A stretch of DNA of 17,358 bases from positions 1-17,358 of the forward strand of contig JBECUL010000045.1 of NCBI GenBank assembly GCA_040225955.1, written 5' to 3'. The notes beneath the pieces were generated by a model. That model ran no database searches. It worked only from the letters and a program-made list of their open reading frames with translations, and had not been told where the DNA came from. Source of the DNA: Candidatus Asgardarchaeum abyssi. Its GTDB lineage: Archaea > Asgardarchaeota > Asgardarchaeia > Asgardarchaeales > Asgardarchaeaceae. The translations under genes and the position numbers were made by a program. Positions 1 through 8,161 of the stretch are shown here, piece after piece (within the stretch, counting starts at the first letter, position 1; each line of letters starts with the position of its first letter).

Positions 1-625
1 CACTAATTAGTTTATTTGTTGCTCTCGAAATAGCTTCAAGCGAGCTTTGACCAGTACCATATCTATTATCAAAAAAATGCTTCATTTTCGCATCATTAAC
101 AGCGATTACAGGAAACGCCAGCACACCATCTCGTTCCATATTTCTTAATCTGATAACACCTGTTGTTGTTTCTTCACAGCCTCCAATAACATGTTCAGCC
201 TCTTTTTTCCTTTTAGTATGAAGGAGGAACATTAAATCTGCACCATCATCTATAATTATATTTGGTTTGGTATCAATAACTCTATTGAGATTCTCGTAGT
301 ATTCTTCTGTTGTTTCTCCAGCCCAGGCATATACAGTAGCAAAATCAGTAACAGCAGCAGCAACATCATCATCCGTAGTTAAAGGATTACAGCTGGTTAT
401 CGTGACTTCTGCGCCTCCTTTAACAAGAGTTTCAACCAAGACTGCTGTTTTTTTCTCTAAATGAAGTGCCATTCCGATTTTTAGACCTTCAAATGGTTTC
501 TCTTTTTCAAACCGTTCTCCAATTTTTCGAAGGACAACCATCCATCGCTTAGCCCATTCAATTTTTTCTCTTCCCTTATCTGCAAGAGATATATCTTTCA
601 CTTTGCTTTTATTTTTAAAAGACAT
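1..625 (-). CDS. ahcY: S-adenosylhomocysteine hydrolase (5' part; runs off the window start)
   Basis: Not in the ORF track. Manual translation from ATG 625: MSFKNKSKVKDISLADKGREKIEWAKRWM...GMALHLEKKTAVL...SCNPLTTDDDVAAA...IIDDGADL...GGCEETTTGVIRL...PVIAVNDAKMKHFFDNRYGTGQS, all hallmark AhcY motifs. GGGTGGT SD-like motif upstream. Confidence 0.97.
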   Translation of the reverse strand, partial: MSFKNKSKVKDISLADKGREKIEWAKRWMVVLRKIGERFEKEKPFEGLKIGMALHLEKKTAVLVETLVKGGAEVTITSCNPLTTDDDVAAAVTDFATVYAWAGETTEEYYENLNRVIDTKPNIIIDDGADLMFLLHTKRKKEAEHVIGGCEETTTGVIRLRNMERDGVLAFPVIAVNDAKMKHFFDNRYGTGQSSLEAISRATNKLIS

Positions 626-785
626 AAAATACCACCCTATATTTTGAATAAACAATTAGCGATAATTATATTAAAGTTATGAAAAATAATAGCACTGCTG
701 AATACTTTTCTCGAATAAGTCTTATAAGGAAGATACGTTAACTATTTTTACTATTAAAGCACATGGTATATAGTGAGGTGGTGAA

Positions 786-1061
786 ATGAAAGTCAGGGCA
801 CATGTATTCATTTCAGGAAGAGTCCAAGGTGTATTCTTCAGAGCACATACGCAAATGATGGCCATGAAACACAATGTAACCGGTTGGGTTAGAAATCTCA
901 GAGATGGCCGAGTTGAAGCTGTTTTTGAAGGAGAATTAAAAGATGTTGAAAAAGTAATAGAATGGTGTCATAAAGGGCCTCCACTAGCAAAAGTTGATAA
1001 AGTTGAAGTTATTTGGGAAGATTACAAAGGAGAGTTTTCTTCATTTGAGATTCGCTATTAA
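786..1061 (+). CDS. acyP: Acylphosphatase
   Basis: [11 protein letters not shown] and [13 protein letters not shown] signatures, C-terminal FEIRY. SD GAGGTG at 775-780. Confidence 0.97.
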   Translation: MKVRAHVFISGRVQGVFFRAHTQMMAMKHNVTGWVRNLRDGRVEAVFEGELKDVEKVIEWCHKGPPLAKVDKVEVIWEDYKGEFSSFEIRY

Positions 1062-1161
1062 TTATCTTACTGTTTTTATATTCATTCTTGATGTATTTAT
1101 TTAGAAATTAAAATATATATTATGTCCTAAGATAATATAACAAAGAAATTGAGGGTTTATA

Positions 1162-1914
1162 ATGAGTGATGAAGTTCTGGATGCTCTTCGACATCCTAAA
1201 CGTAGGTTAATATTGGAATTACTTGCACAAAAAGGGCCTCTAACATTTACAGATCTCCTAGAGCTAAGCGGTATTCGTCGAACAAGCGCCCTAGCATTTC
1301 ATTTAAAAAAGCTACGAGGTCTTATAAGTAAGAAGGGAAATGTTTATGTTATAACAGAGGCGGGGATTGAGGCTTTAATGCTAGTAAAAAGTACTAAAAG
1401 ATTAGTTTTTAGACAAACGGCATTTTGGACGATTACTGGCACGCCAATAAATACGATTTCAATGATAACCCAGATAATTATGTTTTTGTATTTCCTTTAT
1501 ATTTCTCTCTTATTGTATGAAAGTATTCGATATTTTAGTTTTTCATCGTTTTTGGCTTTACGTTATATGTACGAAATTGCTGGGATAATTATAGCTGTTA
1601 TTTGGGCTCAGATTCTTTCAATAATACTATTTAAGAAAATAGGCATAATGGAAAAATTGGAAATTAACTTTATTAATTTGCTTAAAGCCTTTATGACAAC
1701 ACCCTATTTTTATGCAGCAGTTTATTATATCTTCATATATATAGGGCTATTGCTTTTTAAGATTGAAGCATATCATTTTCTGAGAGGGCTAATAATATCT
1801 TTCTCCTTGGTTTTACCAACAACTCTTAATTTTGAGGAGGTCAAATCACAAAGTAAGTTATCTATAAAGTTTATAAAAAAGAAACTTGTCTGCTATTTAT
1901 CACCAATAGTGTGA
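1162..1914 (+). CDS. ArsR-like winged-helix DNA-binding domain fused to a multi-pass membrane domain
   Basis: N-terminal DALRHPKRRLILELL...TFTDLL...SALAFHLKKL...YVITEAG is typical of archaeal ArsR/HTH_20 domains. It is followed by about 4 hydrophobic segments. Confidence 0.8.
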   Translation: MSDEVLDALRHPKRRLILELLAQKGPLTFTDLLELSGIRRTSALAFHLKKLRGLISKKGNVYVITEAGIEALMLVKSTKRLVFRQTAFWTITGTPINTISMITQIIMFLYFLYISLLLYESIRYFSFSSFLALRYMYEIAGIIIAVIWAQILSIILFKKIGIMEKLEINFINLLKAFMTTPYFYAAVYYIFIYIGLLLFKIEAYHFLRGLIISFSLVLPTTLNFEEVKSQSKLSIKFIKKKLVCYLSPIV

Positions 1915-2040
1915 AAGTAAAAACTAAATGTTAACTTTTATCATGACTATTTTTATAATTTGCATATGGATGCATCTGAATCGCAACTTTTTTAAAGAGA
2001 ACAATATCCTAAATATTACCAATAAGCAAAGGTGTGTATA

Positions 2041-2322
2041 ATGAAAGTATTCAAAAATGTCTTAATAGATGTTGAAAACGATGACGGGCCAACTACATAC
2101 AGTCTTACAAAATTATATGTCGCTGAAAATAAGAGAGAGCTAAACCAAATTACAGAGTGGCATCAAAGAAACGGGTTTGAAAAAGACTTTGAAGGTATAA
2201 TTTCTAATTCTGATGTTCTTGAGTTAATAAGTAAATTTTTAGTCTCCTTGATTAATAGGAAAATTATTATTTTTAAAAAGAAAAATAACTTTGGCATTGT
2301 TCAGAATTTCGATGAAAAGTAA
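2041..2322 (+). CDS. Small hypothetical protein (93 aa)
   Basis: Open frame with protein-like composition. ATG 2041 is preceded by SD-like AGGTGTG, so it is preferred over GTG 2032. No recognisable family. Confidence 0.5.
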   Translation: MKVFKNVLIDVENDDGPTTYSLTKLYVAENKRELNQITEWHQRNGFEKDFEGIISNSDVLELISKFLVSLINRKIIIFKKKNNFGIVQNFDEK

Positions 2323-2355
2323 AAAATAATAAACCCAGAAAGTCTTATTTTTATT

Positions 2356-2410
2356 GAAGATGATGAAAGCTCCAATACTGAACTATGATGAAGCGATGGT
2401 GTCCTGATTC
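2356..2410 (+). ncRNA. Archaeal dual-guide C/D box sRNA (2'-O-methylation guide)
   Basis: Box C ATGATGA 2360-2366, 11-nt guide, box D' CTGA 2378-2381, box C' ATGATGA 2385-2391, 12-nt guide, box D CTGA 2404-2407. Terminal stem GAA(2356-2358)/TTC(2408-2410) with a 3-nt bulge fits K-turn geometry. Located in an intergenic gap. Confidence 0.93.
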
Positions 2411-2411
2411 C

Positions 2412-2879
2412 TTATCCTTTTAATCTCTTTCTAAGGTCATTAATCTTGAGATTTATTGCAGATAGCTCTGTGTTGTACTTTTTCTCAATAATAGGTCCAT
2501 AAAATTTGAGCAACCTATTTAGCTTTTTTAAAGCAAAATCAAGTTGAGAGTATGACTTAACATTTTTCAACTCATCAATTAGTTCATTCATCTTTATACT
2601 TAGAAAACTATTAATGATTGCCGTGTAAAGTGTCTTTGCGGCCGTGCCTATATTATTTTTAGAGATAGCAAATTTATTATCTTTTGTTCTTTCAACTATT
2701 CCAAAGTCCATTAGATATGCGATAATCCTTACTAAAATCTCTAAGTTAATCCCTAATTTTGATTTTAAAGTTTCAATATCGGTATCTCCATATACTGATA
2801 AATAGGCTATAATTTTATGTAAAATGGGGTCTCCAAGTACTTCGTCAACAGTATCAAATATCTTAAAATCTTCTATCAT
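2412..2879 (-). CDS. Winged-helix (ArsR/MarR/TrmB-like) domain protein with helical C-terminus
   Basis: DPILHKIIAYLSVYGDTDIETLKSKLGINLEILVRIIAYLMDFGIVER...KFAI has the wHTH pattern. GGTGC SD-like motif upstream. Confidence 0.65.
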   Translation of the reverse strand: MIEDFKIFDTVDEVLGDPILHKIIAYLSVYGDTDIETLKSKLGINLEILVRIIAYLMDFGIVERTKDNKFAISKNNIGTAAKTLYTAIINSFLSIKMNELIDELKNVKSYSQLDFALKKLNRLLKFYGPIIEKKYNTELSAINLKINDLRKRLKG

Positions 2880-3056
2880 AGAAAAGCACCATTTTAAATG
2901 TTTTTATTTAATTAATAACTCACACATTTTAAAATCTTCAGTGTCAGATTTTCAAAAAGATTAGGAATAAGTTAATAAGAGTCAAAGGAATAGTGAATCA
3001 ATAAAAAATTCTTATCTTATTATATCTAATGAATCAATAACCAAGGGAGTGATCTC

Positions 3057-4328
3057 ATGTCTCATAGCGAAATGACAGTAATAAGAGGATGGGTTTATAA
3101 AAAGAGGGAGCATAAAAGTATAATATTCATCGATTTAAGAACCGAGAAGGGTATACTTCAGTGTGTAATTAATAAGAATAAAGTCTCACCTGATGTTTGG
3201 AATATAGCTACCAAATTGACTCAAGAATCTTGTATTGAAGTAAATGGTTCCATGGTAGATCAACCTAGAGCACCAGGAGGTAGGGAGCTTCAAGTTTCTG
3301 CCATAAAGGTATACCAAATAGCTGAGTCACCTTACCCTCTTGGTAAGAAAGAACATTCTCCAGATGTACTTATGAGATATCGCCATTTAACTATGAGATC
3401 GCCAAGATACCAAGCCATAATGAAAATAAGAGCTATTGTAATGGAAGCTGCTCGTGAATTTTTCATTAAGAATGGTTGGTATGAGATATCCCCCCCAATC
3501 TTAACATTTACTGCTGTGGAAGGCGGTGCAACATTATTTAAGGTTGATTACTTTGGTTCTGAAGCTTACTTATCTCAGAGCGCCCAACTCTATCTTGAAG
3601 TTATGATATTCTCATTAGAAAAGGTTTGGAGCTTAACTCCTTCATTTAGAGCTGAAAAGTCCAGAACACCGAGACATTTAACTGAATATTGGCATCTAGA
3701 AGCAGAGGCTGCCTGGATGGATATGAATCAATTGATGGAGCTTGAAGAAAATCTTATAACCTATATGACACAAAAAACAATCGAACGGGGTGCTGACTTA
3801 TTAGAATTTCTTGGTGTGAATATCGACGACTTAAAGAAAGTCAGACCACCATTTAAACGAATGTCATATGATAAGGCAATCGAGATTCTCCAGGATATGG
3901 GATTCGATATAACATGGGGCGAAGATTTAGGTGCCGATGAAGAAAGAGCTTTAACCCAGAACTCTAAAGTTCCTCTCTTTGTCTATGGATATCCTCTTGA
4001 GATTAAGGCATTTTACGTTCAAGCAGATCCTAAAAATCCAAAGATTGGACTAACTGCAGATCTCTTAGCTCCAGATGGATATGGCGAAATTACAACCGGT
4101 GGTCAGAGAGAAGTTGATATAGACAGATTAGTTGAAAGAATTAGAAAAGAAGGATTTGATCCCGAATCATATTGGTGGTATCTTGACCTACGAAGATACG
4201 GTTCGGTTTACCATTCTGGGTTTGGATTAGGTATCGAAAGATATTTGCGTTGGCTTTTAAAATTGGATCACATCCGTGAGACAATTCCGTTTCCAAGAAT
4301 GGCTCGCAGAGAAGAATACACTCTATAA
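3057..4328 (+). CDS. asnS: Asparagine--tRNA ligase
   Basis: N-terminal OB-fold (IRGWVYKKR...FIDLR), LSQSAQLYLE, motif 2 FRAEKSRTPRHLTEY, motif 3 HSGFGLGIER. GGQRE (Glu) favours AsnRS over AspRS. SD GGGAGTGA upstream. Confidence 0.92.
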   Translation: MSHSEMTVIRGWVYKKREHKSIIFIDLRTEKGILQCVINKNKVSPDVWNIATKLTQESCIEVNGSMVDQPRAPGGRELQVSAIKVYQIAESPYPLGKKEHSPDVLMRYRHLTMRSPRYQAIMKIRAIVMEAAREFFIKNGWYEISPPILTFTAVEGGATLFKVDYFGSEAYLSQSAQLYLEVMIFSLEKVWSLTPSFRAEKSRTPRHLTEYWHLEAEAAWMDMNQLMELEENLITYMTQKTIERGADLLEFLGVNIDDLKKVRPPFKRMSYDKAIEILQDMGFDITWGEDLGADEERALTQNSKVPLFVYGYPLEIKAFYVQADPKNPKIGLTADLLAPDGYGEITTGGQREVDIDRLVERIRKEGFDPESYWWYLDLRRYGSVYHSGFGLGIERYLRWLLKLDHIRETIPFPRMARREEYTL

Positions 4329-4399
4329 TGTTAAAGCTATTTGTGTTTGAAATAATTAAAAGATATTTTTTATCAGTAGACTCTAACTTAAATTGAATG

Positions 4400-5815
4400 T
4401 TATACATTCTTAGAAATTTCAATTTCTCTACTAACTTTAATTTTCTCCTTTAGTAATATATCTCTCGCTGCAATGACGCCTGAAATGCTTGCTTGCATAA
4501 GGCCTCTTGTTATACCAGCACCATCTCCAATAGTGTATAGATTCTTAATGTATGGACTCTCCATATTGCTTTTTACATCAATGTGTGCTGTATAAAATTT
4601 TGCTTCAACGCCATATAATAAAGTATGTTCACTATATACACCTGGTGCAACCTTGTCTATTGCCTTTAACATCTCTATAATATCAGAAAGATGTCTGTAT
4701 GGAATAACGAAGCTAAGATCACCTGGTACAGCAAGTTTTAAAGTAGGTTCTACAATAGATTTTTTTATCCTTTCTGGTGTGCTTCGTCTACCCATGATTA
4801 AATCTCCAAGCCTTTGAACTATGACAGAACCACCTGATAACATATTTGCAAGCCTTGCAACATGTTTTGCATATTCTATTGGTGATTTAAAGGGCTCTGT
4901 AAAACTACTACTTACCAGTATTGCAAAATTTGTATTGTTGCTCTTTTTATCCCTGTAACTTTGACCATTAACTAAAACAGTATCACTATATACCTCTAAT
5001 GTAACAAAACCATATGGGTTCACACAAAATGTTCTAACTCTATCATCAAATCTTTTTGTAAAGTACTCAAATTTTGGTTCATATAAGACGTTAGTCAGAG
5101 GTTCCATAACCTCTGCTGGGACTTCAACTCTAACTCCTATATCAACTAGGCTCAATTTTAATTTAATACCTAATCGTTTCGCTTCCTCTTTAAACCAATC
5201 AGCCCCTTCACGGCCAGGAGCAACAATTACATACTTTGCGTATACTTTTTCACCATTTTTTAGTTCTATGCCGATGACTTTTTTGTCTTCTGTTAAAATA
5301 CGTTTAACTGGTTTTCTAAAGAAAATATCAATACTTTTGCTTATATGATCATACATATTTCTTAATGCTCTTTGAGCTACTTCGGTACCTAAATGGTTTA
5401 CAGTATATGGTATCAATCTTAAGTCGGCTAAAATCGCCTTTTTTCTTATTTTTTCTACTTCATCCATATCTATTGGATTAGGTGGCTTTATTTTCCCAAA
5501 TCTAGAAAACATTAGGTTAACGTAATTAATTAAATCATCCAAAACTTTATCATCAACATATTCGCTTAACCATCCACCTACTTCCTTACTCAATGTAAGT
5601 TTACCATCACTAAAAGCTCCAGCTCCTCCCCATCCACATAAAAGATGACATGGAACACAACGAATGCATGGTTTTCCCTGAAGAACTTGACAGTGTCTTT
5701 GATCGAGAGGGTTTCCTTTTTCAAAAATTGCTATTTTCAGTCCAGAATTTACAAGTTCTAGAGCTGAGAATATACCCGCAGGTCCAGCTCCAATGATAAC
5801 AACATCATAATTCAC
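4400..5815 (-). CDS. FAD-dependent oxidoreductase/dehydrogenase (COG2509-like)
   Basis: DVVIIGAGPAG Rossmann motif, GWGGAGAFSDGKL, VRTFCVNPYG and IGDGAGITRGL. Cys-rich insert C-x7-C-x2-C-x2-C. GTG start with GGGTGA SD. Confidence 0.88.
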   Translation of the reverse strand: MNYDVVIIGAGPAGIFSALELVNSGLKIAIFEKGNPLDQRHCQVLQGKPCIRCVPCHLLCGWGGAGAFSDGKLTLSKEVGGWLSEYVDDKVLDDLINYVNLMFSRFGKIKPPNPIDMDEVEKIRKKAILADLRLIPYTVNHLGTEVAQRALRNMYDHISKSIDIFFRKPVKRILTEDKKVIGIELKNGEKVYAKYVIVAPGREGADWFKEEAKRLGIKLKLSLVDIGVRVEVPAEVMEPLTNVLYEPKFEYFTKRFDDRVRTFCVNPYGFVTLEVYSDTVLVNGQSYRDKKSNNTNFAILVSSSFTEPFKSPIEYAKHVARLANMLSGGSVIVQRLGDLIMGRRSTPERIKKSIVEPTLKLAVPGDLSFVIPYRHLSDIIEMLKAIDKVAPGVYSEHTLLYGVEAKFYTAHIDVKSNMESPYIKNLYTIGDGAGITRGLMQASISGVIAARDILLKEKIKVSREIEISKNV

Positions 5816-5938
5816 TAAGGTTCACCCAAAAAAGGTAGTTTTTTTATAATTTAAAATTTTTGAAAGAATCGGAGTTTAACGTGCAATTATCTAATTGTAT
5901 GTGCAAAATTACCAAAAAATGTAATAGAAAAATTTTTA

Positions 5939-5974
5939 TTTCTTATATTCAAGTTTTAACTTGAATATAAGAAA
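5939..5974. promoter_or_regulatory. Perfect 17-bp inverted repeat (2-nt spacer), candidate operator
   Basis: TTTCTTATATTCAAGTT-TT-AACTTGAATATAAGAAA, ending immediately before the SD GAGGTGA (5975-5981) of the ECF S-component gene, in a divergent intergenic region. Confidence 0.7.
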
Positions 5975-5986
5975 GAGGTGACTTTT

Positions 5987-6682
5987 ATGTTTGTACCCAA
6001 AAATAAGACTCTAGAGGTTGCATTTCTAGCCGTTATGACCCCATTCGTAACAGTATTAACATATATGTTTATATTTCCAATACCAGAAACTCATGGATAC
6101 TTTAACTTTGGAGAAGTAGGTATCTATATAGCTGCTGCTCTCTTTGGTCCAATTGTTGGTGCATTTGCTGGTGGAGTTGGATCGATGATAGCAGATATTA
6201 TTTCTGGTTATATCATCTATGCTCCTGCAACCCTAATAATAAAAGGAACTGAAGGACTGATTGTAGGATATTTAGTGAGAAAACTAAGAACAATTAATGT
6301 AACTCAACAGCAAATAGCATCTGGGGCTGGCGCTGTCTTGCTTAGCGGGATGGTAATTTCGGTATGGTATTGGACTATTTTACCACTATGGATATGGATA
6401 ATATACGGATTGTTGATAATTACTCTTGTAATATTCTCGCTCATGAAAATAGAAAGGGAAGAGCTACCATTAGTAATTTCAATGGTACTTGGTGGCATGG
6501 TAATGATTTCAGGTTACTTTATATATGAGCAGTTCTACTTAGGCTATCCCGCTATATTTGAATTGCCCTTTAACATAATGCAAATGGTAGGCGGAATAAT
6601 TATCAGCATACCAGTGATAAAAATAGTAAAATTTGCAATTACCAGCATGGGAATATCATTTGAGGTTATAGGAGAAGAGTGA
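5987..6682 (+). CDS. ECF transporter substrate-specific S component (HmpT/PdxU2-like, COG4720-type)
   Basis: GYFNFGEVGIYIAAALFGPIVGAFAGGVGSMIADII.GY..YAPATLIIKG.EG and C-terminal ELPFNIMQMVGG motifs; highly hydrophobic. Start moved to ATG 5987 because GTG 5978 lies inside the SD. Confidence 0.88.
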   Translation: MFVPKNKTLEVAFLAVMTPFVTVLTYMFIFPIPETHGYFNFGEVGIYIAAALFGPIVGAFAGGVGSMIADIISGYIIYAPATLIIKGTEGLIVGYLVRKLRTINVTQQQIASGAGAVLLSGMVISVWYWTILPLWIWIIYGLLIITLVIFSLMKIEREELPLVISMVLGGMVMISGYFIYEQFYLGYPAIFELPFNIMQMVGGIIISIPVIKIVKFAITSMGISFEVIGEE

Positions 6683-8093
6683 TTTCTTCGAATGCCTCAA
6701 GAAGCCTCTTTCCTTTTTCTGTAATTTTGTAATATTTTCTTCTATCTTTTGTAGTCTCATCGACTAACCCTTTCTCTCTAAGTTCTTGCAGATGCTGGTA
6801 AATAGCTTGAAACTTTAAATCAGGCTTTACTTTCTTCCAAATCTCATAACCATATGAGGGACCAAATGTTAAAAATCTAAGAATCTCTATTTTAGTAGAA
6901 ACTTTAGGATATATAGTTTTTTGACCCCGCTTACTAACAAAGGCATCTAAAATATAAGAAGCTTTAAGCCCGCTTCCAGTTACTAAAGCAACTATTTTCT
7001 CATCACCCTCTATAATATTCATCTCTTTTAAAAGCTTTATTGAGGCTATGCCAACAGCACTTGCTGGCTCTGCAAAGATGGCTTCATGTTTTGCTAACAT
7101 TTTTTCAGCTTCAGAGATGCTCTTTTCTTCAACAGAAACAGCCAATCCTTTTGTCTCTCTTAGTATTTTAATTACTAAGTCAATAAATAAAGGCTTTTTG
7201 ACGTATAAACCTAATGCAGAAGTAGGACCCAAACTTTCCGTAGTTTCACCGCTATGGAACTTTGAAACTATAGGAGAACATTTACTAGGTTGAGCTATCA
7301 CAAACTTAGGCATATTATTAATGAGTCCTAAAATCTTTAACTCTTGAAAACCTTTCCAAAGTGATACCAGAGAGCTCCCACTTCCTGTAGGTACTATCAT
7401 TATATCTGGAATCGAACCCAATTGCATGTATATTTCATAAGATATTGTTTTTTGTCCCTCTATTGCTAGTGCATTAAATTCTGGAGTTGCATTATAAGCT
7501 TTTCTTTCAATTGCTATTTTTCTGGAAAAATCAAAAGTATCATCAACAGAATCGCCATGAGTTATTACATTCCCTCCAAATGCAATGATCTGAGCTAGTT
7601 TCCCATAATCAACATTTCTAGGAACCACTATAATGCTTTCAAGTCTAGCTTTTGAAGCATAAGCAGCGATAGAGGCTCCCATATTGCCATTTGTTGAGCA
7701 AACAATTTTAGAATATTTTAATTTCTTCGCAATGGAGACAATTAATGAGGCAGCTCTGTCACGAAAACTATTTGTTGGATTTTTTGTTTCATCCTTTAGA
7801 AATAGGTGAGTAACATTTAATTGCTTTTTTAAATTATTTGCATGAATAAAAGGTGTATTTCCTTCTCCCAAGCTAATACTGCTAATGCTTTGAATTGGGA
7901 AAAAATCCCTAAATGACCATATGGATGAAATTTTCTGATTTGATATTAAATTTAACATTTTTTCCCTTAAATAAGCTAAATCTTTCTTTTCTAAAGAATA
8001 AAACATCAATTTTCCGCATTTCGGACAAATGAAATTTTCGTAATTAATTTCAGAGTCCTCATACCCACAGTTGTAGCATTTCATATAAAACAT
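6666..8093 (-). CDS. Threonine-synthase-like (fold-type II PLP) protein with N-terminal Zn ribbon and C-terminal PadR-type wHTH; Schiff-base Lys replaced by Arg
   Basis: CYNC...CPKC; SLGEGNTP; KDETKNPTNSFRDR (canonical NPTGSFKDR); EGQKTISYEI; VPTGSG; EPASA; VTGSGLK. Then EILRFLTFGPSYGYEIWKK...AIYQHLQELREKGLV...RRKYYKITEKG, a PadR signature. Start may be 8084. Confidence 0.9.
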   Translation of the reverse strand: MFYMKCYNCGYEDSEINYENFICPKCGKLMFYSLEKKDLAYLREKMLNLISNQKISSIWSFRDFFPIQSISSISLGEGNTPFIHANNLKKQLNVTHLFLKDETKNPTNSFRDRAASLIVSIAKKLKYSKIVCSTNGNMGASIAAYASKARLESIIVVPRNVDYGKLAQIIAFGGNVITHGDSVDDTFDFSRKIAIERKAYNATPEFNALAIEGQKTISYEIYMQLGSIPDIMIVPTGSGSSLVSLWKGFQELKILGLINNMPKFVIAQPSKCSPIVSKFHSGETTESLGPTSALGLYVKKPLFIDLVIKILRETKGLAVSVEEKSISEAEKMLAKHEAIFAEPASAVGIASIKLLKEMNIIEGDEKIVALVTGSGLKASYILDAFVSKRGQKTIYPKVSTKIEILRFLTFGPSYGYEIWKKVKPDLKFQAIYQHLQELREKGLVDETTKDRRKYYKITEKGKRLLEAFEEITLLL

Positions 8094-8161
8094 TTGAAGT
8101 CACTAGGCATTTCTTTTTTAAATAATAAAGCAAGTTATCTTATATTTTTTGTTACGAGAGC

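Noticed and set aside
2320-2388. Apparent in-frame read-through or premature stop: after TAA the frame continues KIINPESLIFIEDDESSNTEL*
   Set aside because: The DDE-like codons are the ATGATGA box C of the C/D sRNA, which explains the region better. TAA is not a recoded codon.
4141-4422. 93-aa minus-strand ORF
   Set aside because: Antisense to the conserved asnS 3' end, overlaps the oxidoreductase stop, and has no motifs.
6304-7293. ORFs 6304-6498(-) and 7048-7293(+)
   Set aside because: Antisense shadows of the S-component and thrC-like genes.
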